Assembly (NCBI GenBank): GCA_965219455.1
Contig: OZ244744.1
Coordinates: 3,616,001 to 3,680,000, forward strand
Length of the DNA: 64,000 bases
Reading direction: 5' to 3'
DNA from: Candidatus Latescibacterota bacterium
GTDB taxonomy: Bacteria; Latescibacterota; UBA2968; GCA-2709665
Shown: piece by piece, positions 55,975 to 64,000 of the stretch
Numbering within the stretch: position 1 is the first letter of the stretch
Layout: the number at the start of each line of letters is the position of its first letter
The notes under the pieces: model-generated
Databases searched by the model: none
What the model saw: the letters and a program-made list of their open reading frames with translations, nothing else
What the model was told of the DNA's origin: nothing
Translations under genes and position numbers: made by a program

Positions 55975-58746
55975 ATGAAGCACCCAGAGCGGCTGCTTGT
56001 GCGCCTTCTGTTGGGCGGCGCGCTGATCGTCGCCGGTCCCTGGCCGGATACAGCCGGGGCTGCCGGGAAGCCCCTGTCCGAATTGGATGCCGTGTACGCG
56101 CGAGGCCTGAAGGCCCGGGACGTGCCAACCGTGGTGGCGGCGGCGAAGGCGTTGGAGAGCGCACTGATCGACCATTCGGACCATGCCGGATTTCTGCTGA
56201 ACCGGGTCGGTATGCTCTATCTGCGGGTGGGGTGGGCGCGCGACGCGCGCTCGGCGTTTCAACGTGCGGTCGGATTCGACCCGAAACTGGCCACGGCGCA
56301 TTGCGGCCTGGGCAGGGTGGCCCTCGAACTGGAGGGAGACGCGGCCGGGGCGCTGCCGCATCTGGAAGCGGCGCTGCGAGCCGACTCCACGTATTCCTGG
56401 ACGTACACCTATATGCCCCGGGCACTCGAGCAAATCGGCCGGGCGCACCTGAAAGCAGGTGCCGCTGACAGCGCCCGGGCCGTGTTTGTACGCGCGGTTG
56501 AATTCGATCCCGGGCTGGCCGCGGCGCATTGTGGTCTGGGCAGGGTCGCCCTCGAACTGGAGGGAGACGCTGCGGGCGCCCTGCCCCATCTGGAGGCGGC
56601 GCTGCGGGCCGACTCCACCTATGCGCAGGCGCACTATTTCCTTGCCCGCGTCTGCCTGGAAACCGGGCGCCCCGGGGCGAGGCAGGCCGCGGACCGGGCG
56701 CTTCAATACGACTCCCGGATTGCACCGGCCCACCTGCTGCTGGCCGAGTCGCATCACGAGGAGGGCAACCTGCAGGCCGCGATGGTCTACTTTGAGAAAT
56801 ACCTGGAACTGAAGCCGGCGGAACAGACGGCGGCGTTGGCCTTTGCACGTGAATTGCTGAAAAAAGAGAAATTCAAAGAGGTCGAGACCCTCACCTCACT
56901 CATGACAAATGACCTCGCGCTGCCGCTGCTGGCGCAGGCGCTGATGGCGCGAGGCAACTACGAAGGCGCGCTCCGGGCGTTCAAGATCTACATCGAAAGC
57001 CTGGATCCGGAAGAACAGGCACTCTACCGGGATGTGTCATTGGTGGGTCTGCCGCACGAAATCGAAGCGTATCGCGCAACCCCCCCTGACAAGAGGGGCG
57101 TGTTTCTGCAGCGCTTCTGGCTCCGCCACGACCCGTTCAAGGCCTCACGCGGCGCGATGCGTCGCGCCGAGCACCACCGGCGGGTGTGGCACGCCCGAAC
57201 GAAGTATGGTGAGCTGAAGTGGCCCTGGGACCGCCGCGGGGAGGTGTACATCCGGTACGGCGAACCGGACTACCGGTCCTCTTCGCTGGAGCCGAATCCA
57301 AACGTGCCTCCCGCGGTCGAAAGCGTACAGGACAATATGGCCTACCAGCTTTATGGCGCCCAGGGGGTGGGCATCAGCTTTGTGGGGCCCGTTTTCCCAA
57401 TCCGCACGGATCTGGGTTTTTTTCTGGAGCCCAGCGAAGACCTCCGGCGCGACATGCAGATGGCGGCGATCGAAGAACTCAACCTGGCCGTATTGCCGCC
57501 GGAACAGGCCGCCGCGGGCGCCGCGGGAAATCCCGCTGCAGCGCCGCGGGAACTGGTGGATCTGGAAGAATCTCCCATCCAGGCGGGTATTGATCTGGAT
57601 CCGGAATTCGCCATTGGCCTGAGCGGATGGAAGCCGGTCACGACGGGGCACAATTGGGCGTCCGTGCCATGGGAGGTATGGGTGTATGCCGGCGTGGGAA
57701 AAGGTCTGGAGGTGGCGTTCACGGATGAACAGAATTCCGGCATGTACGATTTTGCGCCGGTGCCGGGCGTGAACAGCCAGGATCTCAAGAACCTGGATAG
57801 AGACCCCCACGTGGGACAGATGGCCTACCTGCGCCTGATGCAGCGGCTCACGGAACTCGCCCCTTCAACCCGGGTTGCGTCGGTGGCGAGGGAGGAACCA
57901 GAGCGCTTTAGCCTGACGGGTTTCGAGCCGCTCGACTTCAGCTACGACGTGGTCACGTTCCGCGGAAAGAAGGCCGGTACCGAGGTCCAGGTAAACGTGG
58001 GCATTCCCATCGAGCACGTCGCCATGCCCGGGGATACGGACGCCGACGTACTGGTCAATCGGAAGGTGGCGCTGATGGACGGCCGGTACACAAAGGTGTT
58101 GTCCTTACAGCAGGATCTGGAAGTGCCGGTCTCGGGGCGGCGGCGTGACCGTGCGCTCCTGGACCGGGTGGATCTCCTGGATGTTCTGCCGGGAGCATAC
58201 GAACTGGCCGTGCAGGTTCAGCGCCACAACACGAATCGTCTCCAGGCTTACTCGCAGAAGCTGTCCGTGGAAGACTACTCAGGGGAACGGCTGAAGCTGA
58301 GCGATCTGTTCGTCGCCCGGCAGGTGGAGGTGGCAATGCCCGGGTCCGACCCCAGGTTCGTCCGCGGGAAATGGAATATCACACCGTTGCCTTCGCATGT
58401 ATTTAACACGGGGCAGCACGTGTTTATCTTTTTCGAAATCTACAACCTCTCGCAGGACGAGTTCGGGGCCACGCGCTACGAGGTGGCCTACGAGGTTTAC
58501 AGCACCGACGAATCCGGGACCAGCCTTTCCCGCGTGAAGACGAGGGTTCTGGGTCGGTCGGAATCGGCGGTAACGGTACGGTACGAACAGACCGGCACCG
58601 AGGCGTCGGTTTCTGACTACGTGGCGCTGGACATCGGGGAGGCCGCCCCGGGGCGCCGCAGGGTCCGGATGACCGTGAAGGACCTGGACAGCGGGCAGCA
58701 GGCGACCAGGGAAGGCCTGTTCTGGGTGAGGGAGGCAAGCCAATAA
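55975..58746 (+). CDS. TPR + GWxTD-domain protein
   Basis: TPRs; FLQRFW..HDP...EHHRRV..AR...WDRRGEVYIRYGEPD; C-terminal LKLSDL and FFEIYNL Ig-like domains. Confidence 0.85.
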   Translation: MKHPERLLVRLLLGGALIVAGPWPDTAGAAGKPLSELDAVYARGLKARDVPTVVAAAKALESALIDHSDHAGFLLNRVGMLYLRVGWARDARSAFQRAVGFDPKLATAHCGLGRVALELEGDAAGALPHLEAALRADSTYSWTYTYMPRALEQIGRAHLKAGAADSARAVFVRAVEFDPGLAAAHCGLGRVALELEGDAAGALPHLEAALRADSTYAQAHYFLARVCLETGRPGARQAADRALQYDSRIAPAHLLLAESHHEEGNLQAAMVYFEKYLELKPAEQTAALAFARELLKKEKFKEVETLTSLMTNDLALPLLAQALMARGNYEGALRAFKIYIESLDPEEQALYRDVSLVGLPHEIEAYRATPPDKRGVFLQRFWLRHDPFKASRGAMRRAEHHRRVWHARTKYGELKWPWDRRGEVYIRYGEPDYRSSSLEPNPNVPPAVESVQDNMAYQLYGAQGVGISFVGPVFPIRTDLGFFLEPSEDLRRDMQMAAIEELNLAVLPPEQAAAGAAGNPAAAPRELVDLEESPIQAGIDLDPEFAIGLSGWKPVTTGHNWASVPWEVWVYAGVGKGLEVAFTDEQNSGMYDFAPVPGVNSQDLKNLDRDPHVGQMAYLRLMQRLTELAPSTRVASVAREEPERFSLTGFEPLDFSYDVVTFRGKKAGTEVQVNVGIPIEHVAMPGDTDADVLVNRKVALMDGRYTKVLSLQQDLEVPVSGRRRDRALLDRVDLLDVLPGAYELAVQVQRHNTNRLQAYSQKLSVEDYSGERLKLSDLFVARQVEVAMPGSDPRFVRGKWNITPLPSHVFNTGQHVFIFFEIYNLSQDEFGATRYEVAYEVYSTDESGTSLSRVKTRVLGRSESAVTVRYEQTGTEASVSDYVALDIGEAAPGRRRVRMTVKDLDSGQQATREGLFWVREASQ

Positions 58747-58825
58747 TTGGCAATGATATCCAGGGGCGCGTGAGGGTCCGGATCTGACGGATATCGTCTC
58801 CAGCCTGAAGGAGGAAGGTAGCGAG

Positions 58826-59701
58826 ATGCCTGAGGATGTGATGAAAATGTTGCGCGAGGACGTTGTCCTTTGCGACGGAGGTATGATTCTGGAAGCAAGG
58901 TGGCGCGGGTACGACACCCCCAGTGCGATTGTGGAGCATCCGGACGCCATCCGGCAGATCCACAGGGATTTCTTCAATGCCGGCTCTCAGGTGCTTGAAG
59001 CAGTGACGTGGTTTACCTCCCGTTCCCAGTTGGATCGGAGTTTTGGTTGGAGCCAGAGGCTGGGCGAAGTAAACCGGACGGGTGTGCGACTGGCAAAGGA
59101 GGCGTCCGGTGGCGAGGCGCCGGTGGGGGGATGCCTGGTATCCACCAGGACCGGGTCGTGGGAGGGCGATCCGATTTTCGATCCGGAAGTCCCGTCCTCC
59201 AGAGACCGGGCGAAGGCGGAGTGGGACGAACAGATCGCCATTCTGGTGGAGGCGGGTGCGGATTTCCTGGTTCCGGAGACGTTTCACCGCCTTGACGAGG
59301 TGCTGGTGTGCCTGGAATGTTGCAAGAAGACGAGTGTTCCGACCATGGTATTCATGGGCATGGGCCGCGCGACGCAGGACGGCGCCACGGCGGCGGCGTG
59401 CGCTCGCGTTCTGGCCGGGCAGGGTGCCGACGTGGTGGGTCTGGTATGCAACGGAACGCCCGAAGGGATGTTGAATCTCGCAGTGGAGATGCGTGAGGCG
59501 GTGGACGTGCCCGTTGGCTGGCAGCCCAATGGTTTTGGATCTGGCGGAAAGGATACACGCGTTCCGCTGGACGTGATGGCCGATTGTGCGGTAAAGGCGA
59601 AGGCCGAAGGGATCAATCTCATCGGCGCCTGCTGCGGGTCGGGCCCGAACACCATCAGGGCGATGGCGCGGGCATTGGGACGCACGCCCGACGCGGCCTG
59701 A
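58826..59701 (+). CDS. Homocysteine S-methyltransferase family protein (paralogue of 23895-24809)
   Basis: VLCDGGMILEARWRGYD, PETF, GLVC, GACCG. Confidence 0.9.
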   Translation: MPEDVMKMLREDVVLCDGGMILEARWRGYDTPSAIVEHPDAIRQIHRDFFNAGSQVLEAVTWFTSRSQLDRSFGWSQRLGEVNRTGVRLAKEASGGEAPVGGCLVSTRTGSWEGDPIFDPEVPSSRDRAKAEWDEQIAILVEAGADFLVPETFHRLDEVLVCLECCKKTSVPTMVFMGMGRATQDGATAAACARVLAGQGADVVGLVCNGTPEGMLNLAVEMREAVDVPVGWQPNGFGSGGKDTRVPLDVMADCAVKAKAEGINLIGACCGSGPNTIRAMARALGRTPDAA

Positions 59702-59810
59702 GCCGGGTTTCTCCGAGTCGTCGCATGTGGCTGGTCGGACGGATCGTAGTACCCTGCAAACGCGCGTTGAACGCATGTACGCCGGCCGTGCAGGCAGCGC
59801 GGAGGGTACA

Positions 59811-60521
59811 ATGCCACAACAGCTGCCTCCCAGACCCTGGATAACCGGAAACATCATCCGCACCAGTCGTCCCGAAGCGGACTTGAAGGCGCAGTATCGG
59901 AAGGTCCTCCCCCTGTGCGTCGGGATTTCGCTCGCCCTCCACGCGGCCGTTGCCTTTACTTTCCCAGCCTTCAGGCTCCGCACGCCAGCCTCAGCGAAAC
60001 ATCCGATTCTCATCCAGGTTACCGGGGTACCGGAGACCCGACAGGGCGTGAGGCTACCGACCCTGGCACGGCCGACGGTGCCCCTTGAAACGGACAGCCG
60101 CGACCTGCTGCCCGAAGAGATGACCGTTGCCGCCACCGCGGATCTCGATTTCGACGCGGTGTCCATACGCCTTTCTACGCCTTCGGACACGCTTGTCTCG
60201 GCTCCCTTTAAGGACGAGGAAGTGGATGGGGAGGAGGTCTACCCGGCTCGGTTCGTGGAACGGAAGCCCAAGCTCCTCGAAAAGGTGGATCCGGCGTATC
60301 CGGAAGAGGCGCGGCGGGTCGGCCTGGAGGGTGTCGTCCTGATGGAATTTACCGTGGGAAAGGACGGCCGGGTCAAAGATGGCGTGGTGCTCAAGGGGCA
60401 TGAGCAGTTTCATAAAGCATCGCTGGACGCCCTGGCGGGTTTCCGGTATCTCCCGGGGTACCAGAATCGCGAGGCGGTTGAGGTGCGGATGTTTATCTAT
60501 ATCCGTTTTCAACTCGACTAG
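59811..60521 (+). CDS. tonB: Energy transducer TonB
   Basis: Transmembrane helix with SxxxH (SLALH); C-terminal PAYPEEARRVGLEGVV..EFTVGKDGRV. Confidence 0.88.
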   Translation: MPQQLPPRPWITGNIIRTSRPEADLKAQYRKVLPLCVGISLALHAAVAFTFPAFRLRTPASAKHPILIQVTGVPETRQGVRLPTLARPTVPLETDSRDLLPEEMTVAATADLDFDAVSIRLSTPSDTLVSAPFKDEEVDGEEVYPARFVERKPKLLEKVDPAYPEEARRVGLEGVVLMEFTVGKDGRVKDGVVLKGHEQFHKASLDALAGFRYLPGYQNREAVEVRMFIYIRFQLD

Positions 60522-60709
60522 GAAGCTGCTTTAAAACCCCCAGCGGTCTTCGCGCGGCTGCAAAGGCGTCGGCCGGCGTTGGTCAAATCCACCCAAGAGA
60601 GGCGAGGGGCGCGCAGCCTCGATACATTAGATACGGTCGGATCCGCCCGCCTGGACCGACACCTTTTCGCTCGCGCTCGGGAATTCACTTGGGATTTTAA
60701 AACAGCTTC
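60522..60709. mobile_element. MITE-like element (about 190 bp) with terminal inverted repeats
   Basis: GAAGCTGCTTTAAAACCCCCAG ... CTTGGGATTTTAAAACAGCTTC; no ORF; fills the tonB-oxidoreductase intergenic space. Confidence 0.65.
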
Positions 60710-60742
60710 TAAAGTTTGCAAGCCGCCAACGGAGGGACGCAA

Positions 60743-61933
60743 ATGGACGAAATTCGCATCGGGATCGCAGGCCTGGGTGGCCGGGGGCTGCACTGGATAA
60801 GGCTGCTGCAGAAAATTCCCGGCTACCGGATCACGGCGGTCTACGATTGGATCGAACCGCTACAGGAGCGGGCACTTGCTGAAATCTCCTATCGGGACGA
60901 CGTGGCGGCGTTCGGCAACTACGAGGATTTCCTGGCATACGATCAGATGGACGCGGTGGGTCTTGTGGTGAGGCAGCGCGAGGTGGGGCGCATGGCAGCG
61001 GAGGCGCTGGAGGCGGGCAAGCACGTGAACAGCGAGGTGCCGGGCGCGTACACGATGGCGGAGTGCTGGCGCATCGTAACCAACGTGGAGCGTACGGGGT
61101 TGGTCTACGGCCTCGCCGAGCAGACGCGTTTCTGGGGGTTCGTGGACGGATGGAAGCGTCTTGTAGACGACGGCAGGTTGGGCAAAATCACCTACGCCGA
61201 GGGTCAATACGTCGGGTATTACGGCACCCATCAATTTTTTCAGGACTACGGCACGGGGAAGCAGTATTCCATCGAGGAGTTGTCCGACCATCCCGAAGCC
61301 AGGCCCACGTTTCCCCACGACACCCCGCCCATCATTGCCGCTTCGTACGATCTGAGCATCCTTTTGAAGATCCTGGACGACCGCGTGACGGAAGTAACGG
61401 CGATGAGCACAAAAAGGCCAAGCTACGCGCATCCGCAGATCGGAAAGCCCGACGTGCAGGTTGCGCTGATGAAGACCGAAAAGGATACGTTGATTCGCAT
61501 GTTGGATGGCCATACCCAGCCGCGTCCGCATGGAGATCACCACTGGTGGCAGATGATTGGCACAAAGGGGAGCCTGGAGTGGCGGCGTTCGCACCGCGAA
61601 ATGCCGAAAGTCTGGTTCGCGGACGCGCAGATGAACGACTGGACGGAGGTGGACTGGCGTTTTGAACGCACGGATGCGCCGCAGGAGGCGCGGGGAAGCG
61701 GCCACGGCGACGCGGACTCCTACGTGCATATGCACTTTCGCGACGCGGTCCTCAAGGGGAAGCCGCTGGCTTTTGACGTGTACAGGGCCATGGATACGGT
61801 TGCCGCGGCGGTACGGGCGATTGACTCGATACAGGAGGGGAGCCGGTTGATGCGGGTTCCCGATTTTCGCCCGAACCGGGATCGGGCTGCGGGGCAGGTT
61901 CCGACGGACCTGGGCGGCGTGGGCTTGCGCTGA
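60743..61933 (+). CDS. Gfo/Idh/MocA-family protein (GH109-like; paralogue of 21342-22559)
   Basis: IGIAGLGGRG, GKHVNSEVP, TEKDTLIRM, DHHWW, ARGSGHG. Confidence 0.9.
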   Translation: MDEIRIGIAGLGGRGLHWIRLLQKIPGYRITAVYDWIEPLQERALAEISYRDDVAAFGNYEDFLAYDQMDAVGLVVRQREVGRMAAEALEAGKHVNSEVPGAYTMAECWRIVTNVERTGLVYGLAEQTRFWGFVDGWKRLVDDGRLGKITYAEGQYVGYYGTHQFFQDYGTGKQYSIEELSDHPEARPTFPHDTPPIIAASYDLSILLKILDDRVTEVTAMSTKRPSYAHPQIGKPDVQVALMKTEKDTLIRMLDGHTQPRPHGDHHWWQMIGTKGSLEWRRSHREMPKVWFADAQMNDWTEVDWRFERTDAPQEARGSGHGDADSYVHMHFRDAVLKGKPLAFDVYRAMDTVAAAVRAIDSIQEGSRLMRVPDFRPNRDRAAGQVPTDLGGVGLR

Positions 61934-61954
61934 GTGTGACCGCATGGGGGACTC

Positions 61955-63958
61955 ATGGCCGACGGCGGCACGGCAGAACCGCGGAACCGGCGGCCCGCGA
62001 GCCCGGGCGTAACGACCCGCGCGGTCGTATTCGGGCTCGGGTTGTCGGTAGCCGTCAATCTGCTCGCCAATACGATGCGGTATGTCCAGCATGGGTCGTA
62101 CATGGCCATCAGCCTGATCCCGATGGGCGACCTTCTGCTCTTTCTGCTGTCGATTCTGATCTGCGCCGCGCTTGCCCGATGGTTCGGCCGGCGTTTCGTG
62201 TTTGCTCCGGCGGAATGGATCACGATTTTCGGCATGGGCCTGATAAGCGCCATGGGCCCCACCTACGGTATCAGTGGATACCTCGTCAGCCAGCTGGTGG
62301 CTCCCTACTACTTCGCCACGCCCGAGAACCGGTGGTCGGAATATCTGCACCCGCATCTTCCCGGCTGGCTGATCTCAACGGACGAACGGCAGTCCATCAC
62401 CATGTTTTTCGAAGGGCTCCCGAACGGGATGTCCATTCCCTGGCACGACTGGTGGGGGCCGCTGTTGTGGTGGTTTTGCTTCATCGCCGTTCTGGGGTTC
62501 GCCTGCGTCTGCGTGTCGGTCATTCTGCATCGCCAGTGGGCGGACCACGAAAAGCTGGTCTACCCCGCGTTGACACCGGTCTTGGAGATGGCGAACCGGG
62601 GTGGATCCGGGTCTCGGGTCCTTCCGGAATTCATGAAGGGAAAGGCGTTCTGGGCGGGGTTCGGGTTGACGTCCGGGGTTTTCTGGTTGAATATGGTGCA
62701 CTGGTTCTATCCTGCATTTCCGAAGGTGATGAACACCCGCATGAACTACGTGTGGGATCTCCTGCCCAAACAGTATCCCCCTTTCTGCATCTACCTGAGC
62801 GTATTCGTCATATGCTTTTCATATTTTGCCAACCTGGAAGTACTCTTCAGCATCTGGTTCTTCGACATCCTTTATATGATTGAAGCCGGCCTTCTGAATC
62901 GACTGGGCGTGGTGGCGACGTCCCCGCACTACGGCTCCGGCCCGTACAACCTGACGAGCTACAAGTTCCAGACGGCCGGCGCCTTCGCGGCGCTGGTCAT
63001 CTGGTGGCTCTGGATCTCCAGGGGGCACCTGCGCGAGGTTTTCCGGAAGGCCGTCCGTCCGGATCGTTCCACCCTGGATGACAGCAGGGAGTGGATATCC
63101 TATCGTGCCGCCGTCATCGGGCTGGTCGTCTGCTGCGTGTACATTGTAGCCTGGCTCGCGCAGATCGGAATCGAGCCGGGGATGATCCTGGTTTTGACGC
63201 CGGCCATGTTTATCGCGTACGTGGGCGTGGCGAAGGTGGTCGCCGACTCGGGGCTGGTCTACGTCGATCCGCCGGCGGTGGCCTGGGATTACGCGCTGTT
63301 CGCGCTGGGCGGGGCGCACAGGCTGGGTCCTTCCACAAACGCCGCTTCCAGCCTCCTGCCGTTCACGGTCAACCACCCCAGGAGTTTCGCGCTGCCGATG
63401 ATTGCGCAGGTGAACCGCCTGGGTGATTTTATCCCCGAAGGCAAGCGACGTTTTTTCTGGGGGGTGTTCGGGGCCTTCATACTCGGCACGGTGGTTTCGA
63501 CACTCCAAACAGTCTGGCTGGGCTACACCATGGGGGGGTACAATTTTCAACCGAACTGGTTGATTCTTCACGAGGGTGAATGGCACTACGGTCTGGCGGT
63601 GGACGCGCTGCGCAACCCCCGCCCGATCCTGGCGGTGGAATACTGGCTGTTTCTCGCGGGAACTGTTGTGATGACAGCCCTGAACCTGATGCGATACCGG
63701 CTTCCCAGATGGCGGCTTCACCCGGTGGGGTTCGCGCTTTCGGGTACGATATTCGCCAGATTGGAAAGCCTCACGCTTCTGGTCGCGTGGCTGATTAAAT
63801 TCCTTATGCTCAGGATTGGCGGCACGGCATTCTACCGGCGATCGTTGCCCTTTTTTATCGGGATCCTGACCGGATACATCCTGGCGGTGATCGCGGGTAC
63901 GGTCGTGGACGCCATCTGGTTCCCGCATTCCGGACACAGGGTACACAGCTGGCATTGA
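61955..63958 (+). CDS. Polytopic membrane protein (DUF6785/DUF6784-like putative transporter)
   Basis: More than 14 hydrophobic segments; RQWADHEKLVYP, WRLHPVGF, PFFIG. Confidence 0.75.
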   Translation: MADGGTAEPRNRRPASPGVTTRAVVFGLGLSVAVNLLANTMRYVQHGSYMAISLIPMGDLLLFLLSILICAALARWFGRRFVFAPAEWITIFGMGLISAMGPTYGISGYLVSQLVAPYYFATPENRWSEYLHPHLPGWLISTDERQSITMFFEGLPNGMSIPWHDWWGPLLWWFCFIAVLGFACVCVSVILHRQWADHEKLVYPALTPVLEMANRGGSGSRVLPEFMKGKAFWAGFGLTSGVFWLNMVHWFYPAFPKVMNTRMNYVWDLLPKQYPPFCIYLSVFVICFSYFANLEVLFSIWFFDILYMIEAGLLNRLGVVATSPHYGSGPYNLTSYKFQTAGAFAALVIWWLWISRGHLREVFRKAVRPDRSTLDDSREWISYRAAVIGLVVCCVYIVAWLAQIGIEPGMILVLTPAMFIAYVGVAKVVADSGLVYVDPPAVAWDYALFALGGAHRLGPSTNAASSLLPFTVNHPRSFALPMIAQVNRLGDFIPEGKRRFFWGVFGAFILGTVVSTLQTVWLGYTMGGYNFQPNWLILHEGEWHYGLAVDALRNPRPILAVEYWLFLAGTVVMTALNLMRYRLPRWRLHPVGFALSGTIFARLESLTLLVAWLIKFLMLRIGGTAFYRRSLPFFIGILTGYILAVIAGTVVDAIWFPHSGHRVHSWH

Positions 63959-64000
63959 TGTCCCGTCGAGCACCTCTCCCCCCGGCCGCAAAAAAGCAGC

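Noticed and set aside
56270-56625. Repeat pair as DGR template and variable region
   Set aside because: Differences are mostly synonymous third positions within one ORF, not adenine-specific

Overview
GC-rich bacterial DNA with two distinct parts. The gene content (TonB-dependent receptor, PorV-like barrel, T9SS-type C-terminal domain, GWxTD protein, FG-GAP/ASPIC-UnbV protein, EF-hand/dockerin repeats) suggests an FCB-superphylum organism such as Latescibacterota or Gemmatimonadota; this is inference. (1) Positions 1-20,550 form a defence island, mostly on the minus strand. It holds a large nuclease-STAND NTPase (Avs-like; missed by the ORF track because it runs off the window edge), a Schlafen/AlbA protein, a membrane-anchored pentapeptide-repeat protein, an intact Type ISP restriction-modification enzyme, VapBC, an ABC-ATPase + PIN pair, several toxin-antitoxin genes and remnants of Type I and Type III RM genes. 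A nested mobile structure sits inside it: an IS1595-derived cassette (26-bp TIRs, 8-bp TSD TTCGTCAA) inserted in an hsdR 3' end, which in turn contains a 1.7-kb element with hairpin ends, no TIRs and a Rep_trans-like + wHTH protein. I cannot assign this inner element to any classical IS family. (2) Positions 21,340-64,000 form a catabolic/uptake region. It encodes three Gfo/Idh/MocA (GH109-like) proteins, three homocysteine S-methyltransferase-family proteins, a split opp-type ABC transporter, a transglutaminase-like protein, an M14 peptidase, an RG-lyase-like protein, an amidohydrolase, a low-GC insert, a temptin-like diheme protein and a TBDR / CTD-protein / PorV / GWxTD / TonB outer-membrane module. 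I found no rRNA, tRNA or CRISPR array. All family assignments come from motif recognition, not database searches.
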